The position numbers were made by a program, and so were the translations under genes. Under the pieces are notes generated by a model. It had not been told where the DNA came from. It made no database searches and saw only the letters and a program-made list of their open reading frames with translations. Source: Candidatus Poribacteria bacterium (GTDB lineage Bacteria > Poribacteria > WGA-4E > WGA-3G). From it: a stretch of 64,000 nucleotides of DNA. The stretch covers positions 3,616,001 through 3,680,000 of the forward strand of contig OZ240248.1 in the NCBI GenBank assembly GCA_965198235.1, given 5' to 3'. Below, piece after piece: positions 19,635-29,312 of the stretch (the stretch's first letter is position 1; every line of letters begins with the position of its first letter).

Positions 19635-21134
19635 CTAATCGAGGGCACTGGCAACCAAAACGAGGTCTTGAATGTTGACGATACCGTCGCCGTTGATATC
19701 CGCTGTAGAGCTGCCACGCACACTCAACTGAGAGGCAACCGACACCAAATCCAAGATGTTGACGATGCCGTCGGCGTTGACATCCGATGACTGATGCACA
19801 TGGATACCCGGATGCGCCAACAGACGCTTGACGATGGCGGCATGTCCGTGCTTTTCCGCTACCTGCAGTGCCGTCTGCCCCTTACTGTCTCTTATATTCA
19901 CGTCAATTGCTTTGTGCGTCAAAAGCAATTGCACAACCCCCAAATGTCCGTGTTCGGCGGCACGGTGCAACGGGGCGCGCTTTTCCGCATCAACAGGATT
20001 TACATCGATGCCCTCATGAGCCAGTAACTTTTCTACGCCGAATTCATAGCCTCCAGCTGCAGCCAAATGCAGTGCCGTGTGCCCATCCCTGCCCGCGGCG
20101 TTTACAATGTTTTTGTGATAATACAACAAGTTTAGAAATACTGTTTTATACTCATGGATAACGGTATAGTCGAGGGTGGTGTAGTCATGGCTATCCCGAA
20201 CATTGATGTCTAAATTAGGATCTTGCTGGAAAACTCTCATCGCAAGCCTTTTGTTTCCCTGTTTGAGTTCAAATATAAGGGGGATATCGGAACACAGCCC
20301 CTCGGGTTCTCTTGGAACGTGTAGTCGGGGAAATAACAATCCTCGAGTGGCTGGTTTTCATGGTAGTATTTGTAGAGCCAGACGATTCCGTTGGCATCAT
20401 CTTGACTGATATACTTCAGGTCGTCCCAATCATCCTTAGGGATTATTCCTAATTCAATACTTTCAACAAAAAGACTTGCCATGATGGAAGCGGGTTGAGT
20501 GCCGGCTGTTTTGTCCAAACCACCGGTGCTATCGTATATGCCTTTTTTATTTCCTCTGACATAGGTGTCCGCCAAACCGAAAGTATGTCCCATCTCGTGC
20601 ATGAGATGGTGCATAAAGTGAGGAGTTACCTCTGTATCACTTGTGCGGATAAAGAGTTCAGGAGGGTTGGTCAGTCGTGCTTGCGACGTCTCCGACACCA
20701 CAGTAATGTTTCACTCTCAGATCCGGCAATGTCGAGTCGTAGCTGACTTGGTTGAACCGAAAGTCATTGACGATCGGTTTCTCCGTCTGTAGATCCCGAA
20801 GCGGCTGGAGCCATACCCGTAAAGCTTTTGTAATCGCCTTTTCCATGTCTTCATCGGTTATCTTTTTTTCCTTTCCGATGCAGTCGTCAGCATATCTGTA
20901 GGTGATATGCCAATATTCATCGTGCACCTTTGTGATTAAAAGTTCGTATTCTCCTCCCCAAACATGATCGTAAGTGGCAAAGCCGAGCACTGGCGTGGTG
21001 GTGCTGAGTAGCACGCAGACCGTCAGCGCAAAAAAGGTGTAGGCACGCGCTGTTCTGCAGTGCGGGTTTTTTTGTCTGTGCCGACACTTGTAAGATGGAC
21101 TCGCAAGCCGAGCCGCAATGTTGGCTGTATGCAT
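19635..21134 (-). pseudogene. Secreted Zn-metalloprotease + ankyrin repeats + dockerin-like C-terminus, split over three frames
   Basis: ORFs 20658-21134, 20237-20701 and 19635-20339 align in order with paralogs at 48927 and 52898 (WLQP, HEMGHTFGL.DTY, DDANGIVWLYK, PLIFE.K.G). Ankyrin TALHLAA repeats; DVNADGIVNILDL-type motif twice. Frameshifts near 20690 and 20280. Confidence 0.8.
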
Positions 21135-21249
21135 AGCACTATATCTCCGCTAACAGGACACAGGCGATTGACACGCTCGCACGGCGCACCAACCCGGACA
21201 TGTCTACTTATTTGTAGAATTCACCATAAATAGCCCATCTGCTCAATAC

Positions 21250-21531
21250 GGGTGTGTAAAGTTTTTGTCAAAGCATTGATTTTTTTGTTTTGTTAGGCGT
21301 GTTTGCATGGCACTCCGCTGGAGTGCGGTCCCTTGAGGCATGCTTTTCTATTCTCACTGCGAAGCAATGTTGCTCCGCTGGAGCAAAGAGATTTCTTGAT
21401 CGGGAAGGGGGCTCACGCCAGAGGCGTGATATGTCTATAGAAAACGGTATATTTGATCCTCCGCACTCCAGCGGAGTGCTATGTCTGAGAGTGTCCACAT
21501 AGGGGAGAGCTGCCAAAATATTTACACACCC
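21250..21531. mobile_element. MITE family B (IS256-like ends) carrying a four-hairpin REP cluster
   Basis: 21-bp imperfect terminal inverted repeat starting GGGTGTGTAAA and exact 9-bp duplication GCTCAATAC (21241-21249, 21532-21540). Confidence 0.8.
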
Positions 21532-21592
21532 GCTCAATACCAAGATGTTGACAATGTCTGTTATCTATGCTAATCTATGTGCATAGGAGTAC

Positions 21593-21958
21593 TTATTCAT
21601 TGGATTCTTCAGTTGGGAGTCCTTCGGTTTTCCAACCGCGGAAGCCACCCGTCAGTACTGAGACGTTTTCGTAGCCCATGTTTTTTAAGGTCTGTGCGGA
21701 GAGTGTCGCACGGGTACCACCGCCGCAGTATGTAACGATATGTGTATCTGCGTCAGGGGCGATCTCATCAATATCGAGTTCAAGGTAGCCGCGTGGTAGA
21801 GAAACTGCCTCCGGTAAATGTTCTTTATCATAGTCGGGTTCGTCTCGGACATCTAAGAGGATGATCGGCTCGGTAGCCTCGGTGAGTTCGGCGGGTGAGA
21901 TGTGTCCGACATTCGCTTTTGCTTCTGCAACGAGTTGTTCAAGGGTTTTTAGTGGCAT
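21593..21958 (-). CDS. Rhodanese-like sulfurtransferase
   Basis: LLDVRD, HLPEA, YCGGGTR active-site loop, LTGGFRGW. Confidence 0.9.
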   Translation of the reverse strand: MPLKTLEQLVAEAKANVGHISPAELTEATEPIILLDVRDEPDYDKEHLPEAVSLPRGYLELDIDEIAPDADTHIVTYCGGGTRATLSAQTLKNMGYENVSVLTGGFRGWKTEGLPTEESNE

Positions 21959-22271
21959 CGTTTTCCTCCATAAGGGTTGAAGACTGCTGATTGAATTTGT
22001 TTTTTAACTATTGGCTGTCTGGGCGAATTTTGAACGATGTTCAAAATTCGGTTTCTGTCACACCTGTACCTGTGGTGTACATAGGGTTTTTGAAATATAG
22101 CATAAGGTAAGTCGATCTGTCAACTCTTTTTTGGTTTTTTAAACTTACCTTGCGGAGTAATAAGCGTGGTTTTGTGAGTGAAGTGCCTTCCTCTGGAGTC
22201 GCCTGCGCCGTTGTTGCAGGCTTGCGGTTTTGCTTTATGGTAAAACCTACAAAGTTTAGAAAGGAGAAGAT

Positions 22272-22715
22272 ATGGAATTGCTTAAAAAGTCTGTTCAGTC
22301 TGTGCTTGAAAAGGAACGGATTGGGAGTCCAGTGTTCCTGCGGTGTGTCCTCCACGTGGCGGGTGATGCAGCGAATCTGCTATCACCGGTGGCAGAGATA
22401 GCGGCACTCGCGAATGGATGGATGTCCTCACCGCCTGAGCGGGTCTATGCCCAAGGAGAGGCAGATGGAACACAGGTTACGGTAATGGTCCACTACGTCG
22501 GGGGACAGATGGCACTCTTGAGTGTCAATCGGGTCGATGTAGAGACAGCGATTGACATCATGTTGGTCGGCAATCAAGGCGTTATCTATCATGAAACACC
22601 CGTGGGTAGGCACTACCTGAACGCGACATCGCCGGAATTGGGTGACAGGGGTGAATTGACAGAGGCTATCGCGCAATCGCTTAGGAGCGGTCAACCTATT
22701 ATGTTGGAGGATTAA
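22272..22715 (+). CDS. Hypothetical protein resembling the C-terminal domain of Gfo/Idh/MocA oxidoreductases
   Basis: RBS AAGGAG; RIGSPVF...PERVYAQG...LVGNQG...AIAQSLRSGQPI pattern; no Rossmann motif. Confidence 0.6.
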   Translation: MELLKKSVQSVLEKERIGSPVFLRCVLHVAGDAANLLSPVAEIAALANGWMSSPPERVYAQGEADGTQVTVMVHYVGGQMALLSVNRVDVETAIDIMLVGNQGVIYHETPVGRHYLNATSPELGDRGELTEAIAQSLRSGQPIMLED

Positions 22716-22717
22716 AC

Positions 22718-23866
22718 ATGCAACAGGATGGAAAATATGGGGTTCTCCTACTCGGTGGGAATCGCACGCATCAAGAGAATTACGCATTGAGTTTTGCTCA
22801 GGATGCACGCTGTCGGTTGGTCGCGTTCGCTGATGAACCCGATGCACCACCAGAGCGGATTACGTTGGCGCGTTCGCTTGCTGAATCTTTGGATTTGCCG
22901 TTCATTCCTGACCTCGACGCGGCGTTGGCACGCGAGGATGTGCATATTGTGAGTCTCTGTACAGACGTAGAACGGCGCGGGCGTATAGGCGCGAAATGTG
23001 CTGAGGCGGGAAAGCATGTCTATCTTGATAAGCCGATGGCATTCACCCCGGAGGGTGCCGAAAAGATCGTTGCGGCGGTTGCGAAGAGTGGCGTACGGAG
23101 CCAGATGTTCAGCAACATTCACAGTGCGTGGGCACGCACTGTACAGCAGGCGTTGACAAGTGGAAGCATCGGCGAACTTCGGGCAGTTCATTGTGATGTC
23201 CTGTTCTCCAAAGGACATCCCGGTAGCGCGCCTGTCGGAGAAAAAAGAATAGAAAAATCCGCACGCGAACGCTACAGTTTCGTCGAAGCGAAACCTGAAA
23301 TGTTCGATGTCGGTGTCTATGCGGTGTCTATGGTGAATTGGTTGACGCAGAAACGGGTACAGCGTGTGTTCGGTGGAACGGCGAACTATTTCTTTAAGGA
23401 ACACCTCGGCTGTGATGTTGAAGACTTCGGTGCTTTAGTCCTGACGTTGGAGGATGGAATTACGGCAACGATTGTTGGTGGACGTTACGGTTGGCAGAGT
23501 CACGCGCAAGGTGGTGTGCGGAAGGTGCATCTCATCGGCACAGAGGCATCTTTGACCTTTGATGCGTCGGCGAACCGCTTGGAAGTTTTTGCGGCTGAAC
23601 CGGCGTTTGAACCGCCTTCACCTCATCCGCTTGATCCGATGGGGATGTGGAGTAGCACGCAAGCGGGGATTGGGATGCCACCCAAGCAGCAATGGATAGA
23701 CGTTGGTAGCGATGACGATGGACCGCGTGAATTCGGTGCGTTTGTGGATTGTATTGAAAACGGTGTAGAGAGTGAAATGAACGCCGAATTTGCGGCGCAT
23801 TCCGTGGAAATTATCTGTGCCGGGTATCGTTCTGCGGCGACTGGAGAGGTTATTGATCTCAACTGA
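22718..23866 (+). CDS. Gfo/Idh/MocA family oxidoreductase
   Basis: AGKHVYLDKPMA motif, GSIGEL, YRSAATGEVI C-terminus. Confidence 0.9.
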   Translation: MQQDGKYGVLLLGGNRTHQENYALSFAQDARCRLVAFADEPDAPPERITLARSLAESLDLPFIPDLDAALAREDVHIVSLCTDVERRGRIGAKCAEAGKHVYLDKPMAFTPEGAEKIVAAVAKSGVRSQMFSNIHSAWARTVQQALTSGSIGELRAVHCDVLFSKGHPGSAPVGEKRIEKSARERYSFVEAKPEMFDVGVYAVSMVNWLTQKRVQRVFGGTANYFFKEHLGCDVEDFGALVLTLEDGITATIVGGRYGWQSHAQGGVRKVHLIGTEASLTFDASANRLEVFAAEPAFEPPSPHPLDPMGMWSSTQAGIGMPPKQQWIDVGSDDDGPREFGAFVDCIENGVESEMNAEFAAHSVEIICAGYRSAATGEVIDLN

Positions 23867-23927
23867 CAGGAAAACCAGCGGGTTACGCGCTTGACTGAAT
23901 GTCCATTACCTATAAGCGCGGTTAGAA

Positions 23928-23995
23928 AGTTCGTAGTAGGGCGATTCATCGTCCATTGCGAAGCACAAACGCGCGATGGGTGTGCTACTACGAAC
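23928..23995. repeat. REP doublet GTTCGTAGTAG...CTACTACGAAC
   Basis: Inverted ends; related copies at about 8625, 14080, 17970 and 63461. Confidence 0.7.
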
Positions 23996-24000
23996 CTCGA

Positions 24001-24621
24001 TTAACTTAATTTCGTCTTGGATGCCGCGCTGGCAGCTTTGAATACAGCGTCAACCGCCCCAAACAGATCCGGCACATCATCTACGCTAAAACTCCTCTTG
24101 TTGTGGACGAATGCATCACCAACAAGGTACCCAAATTCCCACCATTTTCCATCGCTTACAATGCCGTACACAGCGATCTCTGCGGTATCGTTGATTTTTT
24201 GGGCCGCCACCAACTCCGCCAAGCATTGTCCCCATCCTTGATCAAAATCGTTCTTTTTCGCCTCAACCAGTATTATTAACGGTTTTCCGACGGTGCGCAG
24301 GCCAAATTCGGATCTTGTTGCGACAAAGTAATCAGGTGTTCCATTCAGAGTTTCATCATAGACGATAGATTTCTTTACCCAAAGCGCGTAGTTATCGGCG
24401 TACTCTTTGTAGACTTCCCTTAAAATCGGATAAATCACAGTTTCGCACCGTGAGCCTTCAGAAGCATAAACATCAATATGTTGCATGCTGAACTCAAGTT
24501 CTTGCAGAAATTGTTCTGAAGGTCTTAAAGTTTCTTCGTTTCCAAGAAAGTTATCTACCGCGTAGGTAATCTTGAATTTTTCCTGTACCTCAGGTACTGT
24601 TTTGAAATCACTAAATGCCAT
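24001..24621 (-). CDS. Restriction endonuclease-like PD-(D/E)XK fold protein (HsdR_N-like)
   Basis: GTPDY...VEAKK...GQC.AE...YGIVSDG..WEF pattern. Confidence 0.7.
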   Translation of the reverse strand: MAFSDFKTVPEVQEKFKITYAVDNFLGNEETLRPSEQFLQELEFSMQHIDVYASEGSRCETVIYPILREVYKEYADNYALWVKKSIVYDETLNGTPDYFVATRSEFGLRTVGKPLIILVEAKKNDFDQGWGQCLAELVAAQKINDTAEIAVYGIVSDGKWWEFGYLVGDAFVHNKRSFSVDDVPDLFGAVDAVFKAASAASKTKLS

Positions 24622-24651
24622 CTTGTCACCTCATACTTAAATGTAAAACTT

Positions 24652-24756
24652 CAGGACTTACGCAAATTGAGTAGAGAAAGGATATGTTTTACTGAACGAC
24701 ATCTGCTTGTTATACGTCTTCTTATAGACAAAATGGGTAGCAACGCGTAATTGTTC
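24652..24756. mobile_element. Degenerate MITE family A copy
   Basis: Intact left end CAGGACTTACGCAAATTGA; right end decayed (CGCGTAATTGTT); no target duplication visible. Confidence 0.5.
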
Positions 24757-24759
24757 TTC

Positions 24760-26619
24760 CTATCTCGTAACGCCCATGGCTTCAAGCTGTGCAATCTGTT
24801 TCATCCACGATTCTCGAATTTCAGGGGAGTAGTCACCGGGAAGTAGGGATTTACGGGTGCAGTTGACGAGGGCTTGCAAGGTTTGATAGTGTCGAATCGG
24901 ACCGATGTTGGGTAGGATTCGGTCTTCTGTGACTGCGATGATTTCATCGAGTGTCAATTTACCTTTCTTGATGAGACTGGCGGCTTCCAAGTCGGAACGT
25001 AGCGATGCGAAACTCGCCGCGGAATAGTCTTCTGTCAGTTTCACAAGTCGTTTGATTGAATCTTCAGGGAGGGGACCGGGAAAGGCTTTGGCAAGAGTCC
25101 AGCGGAGGAACGCCTCGCGATCCTGTCCCTTCGGGTCAAGCACTGGGATCACCATATCCCCGACTCTGCCTTCTCGCCGCAGGTCGGGTGAGAGGTGATA
25201 GATACGGGCAGTCATTAGGAGCCAGGTGATGTTGCCACGGAGTTGCGGGTCCGACATCATCGCCTGTATCTTTCCCGTCAAACGCCGTTCTGTGCTGTGT
25301 GCGTCTGTCCCGACATTGCCGAATTGGGTATCCGCTTCATCAACGAAGATGAGCACCTTCACAAGAGCCATCAGCAACCGTCGGAGTCGTTCAAAGATGA
25401 CATCTGTCTGTCCGAACCACATGCTCCGAATGTTCTTGAGGACGAGCACAGGGATGTCGAGTTCACCGGCGAGTCCCTCGAAAATGAAGGTTTTTCCGCT
25501 ACCAATGGGACCGCAGACGCTCATGCCGGATATCGCATCGGGACCGGTTGAGGTGATACGCGGAATCAATTGAGTCTTCAGAAAATCCACTAATTTCTGG
25601 TTGCCAACGATGTCCTTCAGGTTGTGCTCAGGCTTTTTAAACTCTACGACATCATCGCCTAACTGCCCTTGGATGAATTCGGACACTTTATTGATGACAT
25701 CCTCGGGTTGCAATTTCTCACCAGAGTAACGCGCAGAAAGAAGCATCTGTCGTAGTGCTTGGATGGATAAGCCGGCTGTGAGGATCGCGAGTTGGGCTTG
25801 TGTGCCCCAAAGGTTTAGTGGTTTTTCCACCAGTTTCGGTGTGTTGTTAAACCATGAGATGAAATGCTGGCGTTCTTCCATCCCCGGCGCAGGTATTTCG
25901 ACACCGATTACCTGGGGCAGTCTTGTAATCCGAGAGTTGACGAGGCTCGCTGATTCTGCGATAAAGATGACGGTATCGTTCCCGTCCATGAAGCTGGAAT
26001 CCGAGATCCAATCTTGAACGATGCTGACCCGGTGCCTGTCGGGTAGCGACAAACTCCGAATTTCGCCTTCCGGTAGCAACATGTCCGTTGCTTCAATCAG
26101 GATTATCAATTTTTCCGATAGTAGTTTTTCACCCTGCGTGTTCGTGCTTCGGGAGAGTAGGCAGAACTGCCGTAGGAGTTCAAGTGCCAACGTCGGACTA
26201 CCGATTGCATCGTTCATGTACTGCGTAAAAGAGGCATCTGCAGGTTCATCGGCTTCGGTAGGTGTAGTGCGTTCAACGGCTGCCTGTATTGGACGGGGGA
26301 CACCGACGCTGGCATTTATGTCGAGGTTTGCCTCAGTTGAGCCGCGCCATAGATTGAACGCACGCTTAACTTTTTCGCGTTCAGCCTCTTTTGCAAATCG
26401 GATGGGTCCATTGAGTTCATAAACTATTAAGATGAACCCTGGAATGTCCCAATTGCGAGTCAAGAAGGGGACGAGTGGAATATAATCCGTGTCATCTCCG
26501 TCGCGGACGAAGAAGAGATCGTGGATATTTCCAGATAGGACGAGGCTACGAGACGTTCCCGAATTGATGAGCATTCCGGCTTCTTTCGGGAATGTATAGG
26601 TTGGACTTTTAACAGCTAT
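24760..26619 (-). CDS. AAA+ ATPase, classic clade, with degenerate N-terminal AAA-like module
   Basis: Walker A GPIGSGKT, pore loop SMWFGQ, Walker B IFVDEAD, SRH PDLRREGR. First ATG at 26574; an in-frame ATA at 26619 follows the RBS-like GAAGGGGG. Confidence 0.85.
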   Translation of the reverse strand: MAVKSPTYTFPKEAGMLINSGTSRSLVLSGNIHDLFFVRDGDDTDYIPLVPFLTRNWDIPGFILIVYELNGPIRFAKEAEREKVKRAFNLWRGSTEANLDINASVGVPRPIQAAVERTTPTEADEPADASFTQYMNDAIGSPTLALELLRQFCLLSRSTNTQGEKLLSEKLIILIEATDMLLPEGEIRSLSLPDRHRVSIVQDWISDSSFMDGNDTVIFIAESASLVNSRITRLPQVIGVEIPAPGMEERQHFISWFNNTPKLVEKPLNLWGTQAQLAILTAGLSIQALRQMLLSARYSGEKLQPEDVINKVSEFIQGQLGDDVVEFKKPEHNLKDIVGNQKLVDFLKTQLIPRITSTGPDAISGMSVCGPIGSGKTFIFEGLAGELDIPVLVLKNIRSMWFGQTDVIFERLRRLLMALVKVLIFVDEADTQFGNVGTDAHSTERRLTGKIQAMMSDPQLRGNITWLLMTARIYHLSPDLRREGRVGDMVIPVLDPKGQDREAFLRWTLAKAFPGPLPEDSIKRLVKLTEDYSAASFASLRSDLEAASLIKKGKLTLDEIIAVTEDRILPNIGPIRHYQTLQALVNCTRKSLLPGDYSPEIRESWMKQIAQLEAMGVTR

Positions 26620-26685
26620 GGCTCGTCGCCCCCTTCTGTTTGAGATGACACATCTGCGAGTGAGATGCTGCGTTTTTGTCGCGCG

Positions 26686-27522
26686 TTATACCGGCAATTC
26701 GGAGTCGGAATCTGTGGACTGCTTGGTAGTTTCCGTTTCTGTCTTTGCGTCAGTTTCCTGTGCCCCGAAAATTAAGGAATCAAATTCGTCATTGGTAGTA
26801 GAGGAACGCGCTGCAGTGAGGAATTCTTCTTCTTCGCTTTTTGAATCCGTGCCAGCCAATTCCTGTGCGACTTTTGAACGCCCTTTCGCTTTCTCACGTA
26901 TTTCGCGCATCCGACTCAATTCGGCAGAGGTGCCATCCATGCTGATACCGGAGAGCATATCAGCGATATCCTCTTGTTCTCGTGCAGTAATCAGATCCGC
27001 AACTGCCTCGGATTGTTCGGACTTAATCTTATCTAAGTCTCGATGTAGACTGGTAATCTGAAGTTTGTGGGACTCAATATCCGCTTGCGCCCCTTCAATC
27101 TCGTTTTCGAGTTCCGTAATGCGACCGGTTTTCTCCTGCAAGTTGGAATTGAAGTCTTGATAGGCAGTGACGCATCGCGTATATTCGGCATGCTGCTTGA
27201 TTTCTTCCGGTGCCATCCCCTCGCCTTGTAACCCGGCAGCGGTCTGTTGTGCCTTAGCAATCGCCCCTGCTTTTAGCTCTTCCAACCGCTCTACTTCGTC
27301 AGTAAGGCTTTTGACCCCAGACTTTTTCTGTTCAACGAGTGCGATAAGTTGCCCGATCGCTTGCTTATAGCGTTGAATATTCCCCTTTTTGTCGTGGATG
27401 ATGTCTTCGTAAGCCCCTCTGACGGCTTCGGGGTTTTCCATCATTCTATCCGCGGATTCGTGTGCCTTTCCTGTCAGTGTATACCAGATAGCCTTGAAAA
27501 ATCGTGTGAATCCATTTGCCAT
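26686..27522 (-). CDS. PspA/IM30/Vipp1-family (ESCRT-III-like) coiled-coil protein
   Basis: N-terminal amphipathic helix (FTRFFKAIW), ENPE at the start of the long hairpin, all-helical heptad pattern, acidic tail; RBS CAGGAG. Confidence 0.75.
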   Translation of the reverse strand: MANGFTRFFKAIWYTLTGKAHESADRMMENPEAVRGAYEDIIHDKKGNIQRYKQAIGQLIALVEQKKSGVKSLTDEVERLEELKAGAIAKAQQTAAGLQGEGMAPEEIKQHAEYTRCVTAYQDFNSNLQEKTGRITELENEIEGAQADIESHKLQITSLHRDLDKIKSEQSEAVADLITAREQEDIADMLSGISMDGTSAELSRMREIREKAKGRSKVAQELAGTDSKSEEEEFLTAARSSTTNDEFDSLIFGAQETDAKTETETTKQSTDSDSELPV

Positions 27523-27638
27523 TGTTGTTTCTCCTGTTGAGCGTGCGCATTAAAAGCGCAGTCTTCCTGTATTGATTTGCGAGTTATGTCTGTGCCTTCT
27601 GACGACTTTACACCGCGTCCAGACACCCATATTACGAT

Positions 27639-27667
27639 ATTTTAACATATTTTCTCTAAAACCGCAA
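27639..27667 (-). promoter_or_regulatory. Sigma70-type promoter for the pspA-like/AAA operon
   Basis: TTGCGG-17 nt-TAAAAT with TG extension on the minus strand. Confidence 0.5.
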
Positions 27668-28157
27668 GAAAATTTTATAGGTCAAAGGATCGTTTATGGT
27701 GGATTTTAGAATGAATAGGACGCTACAGGTGAATAGTCACGTCCTTAATCCTACTTATCAGGCGGAATTTGCTGTTTTGCTAATGGTACATATATTGACA
27801 CAAACGACGGCAGGTCCTGAACTGGAGTTTGATATTTTCCTCTGCCTGAATGGGCGCGAGGTTCGTTTTGTGATAGAGTCGGTGTGAGGTGACCTGCTCG
27901 CTTTTATTTGAGATTTCACCTGTTTTTGTGTTACACTTTTAATAGTTTGGCGGATAGGTATATTACCTCGGCGTACACCAGCGTCGAGTCCTATCCAATG
28001 TGAATCTTGATAAGATTCCAATTGAGAATATTGAAAAACTTTTTCGCTATGGACTGTAAGGGGGGAAGAATAGGTATCGAACCTTCTCGACTATAAATGG
28101 AACAGATACTGAACAGTTTTCCTTGGTATTGAATGCTGAAGGAGGGGACAAACTCTA

Positions 28158-28616
28158 ATGCAACACCATCTCGCTATTCTATTACCCGTCTGGATAGAAT
28201 TAATTCTTGACGGGAGTAAAACAATCGGAAGCTGGTTCACCAAAATTCGATGCGCCCCCTACGGCAAGGTCAATAAAGGGGACATCATCTATATGAAAGA
28301 GACTGGCGGACTCGTCAAAGGCATGTTTACGGTTTCTGAAGTGGAGACCTTTGATACCATAACATCGGTCGAGGTGTTTGATATTTATGCACATTGTGGT
28401 CAGCAGATATTTGGCATGGATCATTTTTCTGAGGAATGGGACGAGTTTTATAAATCGGGATCGCTAGCCGAGGCATTGAAGAATTGGGATCAGTCAAATT
28501 ATGCCACACTCATCCATATCGCAAACCCAATTGCTTTCGCCAAACCGTTTCCGTTCCCGAAACGGGACCAAAGGTCATGGGTGCTTTTGGATGAACCCCT
28601 GATGCAAACGCTTTAA
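28158..28616 (+). CDS. ASCH domain-containing protein
   Basis: HLAIL....ELILDGSKT.....PYGKV..GD.IY.K ASCH-like signature; RBS AAGGAGG. Confidence 0.75.
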   Translation: MQHHLAILLPVWIELILDGSKTIGSWFTKIRCAPYGKVNKGDIIYMKETGGLVKGMFTVSEVETFDTITSVEVFDIYAHCGQQIFGMDHFSEEWDEFYKSGSLAEALKNWDQSNYATLIHIANPIAFAKPFPFPKRDQRSWVLLDEPLMQTL

Positions 28617-28923
28617 AACACAGAGCGTCTACGAAAGCCGAAGATTCGTGAGCGTTCTATTTTAATGCTTTGTGAGGTTTGTAACTCCATAAGAAGCAAC
28701 GTACGTAACGTGAGTTTGAAAAAAGTTTAGTCGTTAGAGGATCATAGGTAAATCCGTGCTGCCGTGAAGTGCATCAAACTTCCGCGGACCGGCACATTTG
28801 AAAGACTAACTTAAAACTATTGATTGCGATTTTCTACGCAATGGGAGATGAGCGTTTTATGGAAATTTATTTTGGTGAATACGATAAATACAGTATTGAG
28901 GGAAAAATCATTGATATAAATGA

Positions 28924-29267
28924 TACTAAAGTTTGGACAATTTGTGTCGGTTAGCCATTGCGTTTTTCAGTATCTTCGTATTTTTCTACGAGTTTGGTGT
29001 TTCGACGTAACGTGGAAAAAAACCTATTTACGTTCGACTCGCGTTAGTATAAACATAGCAAGCCGAAGAAAGTGCGTTTGCATGTGTATCCTTTTTCTAT
29101 AGACATATCACCCCTACGGGGTGGGGCTTCCCATATTCAGTGGGTCTCGCCAATACAGATGTTGCTTCTCTTTGCTCCAGCGGAGCAATATGTCTATAGT
29201 CCAGAAGTGTCGCAAGCCCCGCACTCCAGCGGAGTGCTATGTCTGAAAAATTGTCCAAAGCTTAGTA
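28924..29267. mobile_element. MITE family C carrying a REP cluster
   Basis: 20-bp inverted repeat TACTAA(AG/GC)TTTGGACAATTT and exact 5-bp duplication AATGA; internal CTCCAGCGGAG-type hairpins at 29095-29245. Confidence 0.75.
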
Positions 29268-29312
29268 AATGATAGGAGTAGCACACTTACTATTTCCGTT
29301 ACTTCCCCTTTT

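Noticed and set aside
20658-20660. In-frame TGA as selenocysteine in the protease paralog
   Set aside because: Homology to the paralogs continues in a different frame before the TGA, so it is a frameshift rather than read-through.
21268-21543. Short ORFs inside repeat elements (also 19274-19501, 29072-29272, 50974-51306, 52690-52925, 57176-57376)
   Set aside because: They are translations of REP or MITE sequence with no coding signal.
24001-27522. Three-gene defence system (PspA-like + AAA + nuclease)
   Set aside because: The nuclease-like gene has its own RBS, is separated by a MITE remnant and nothing here ties it to the other two genes.
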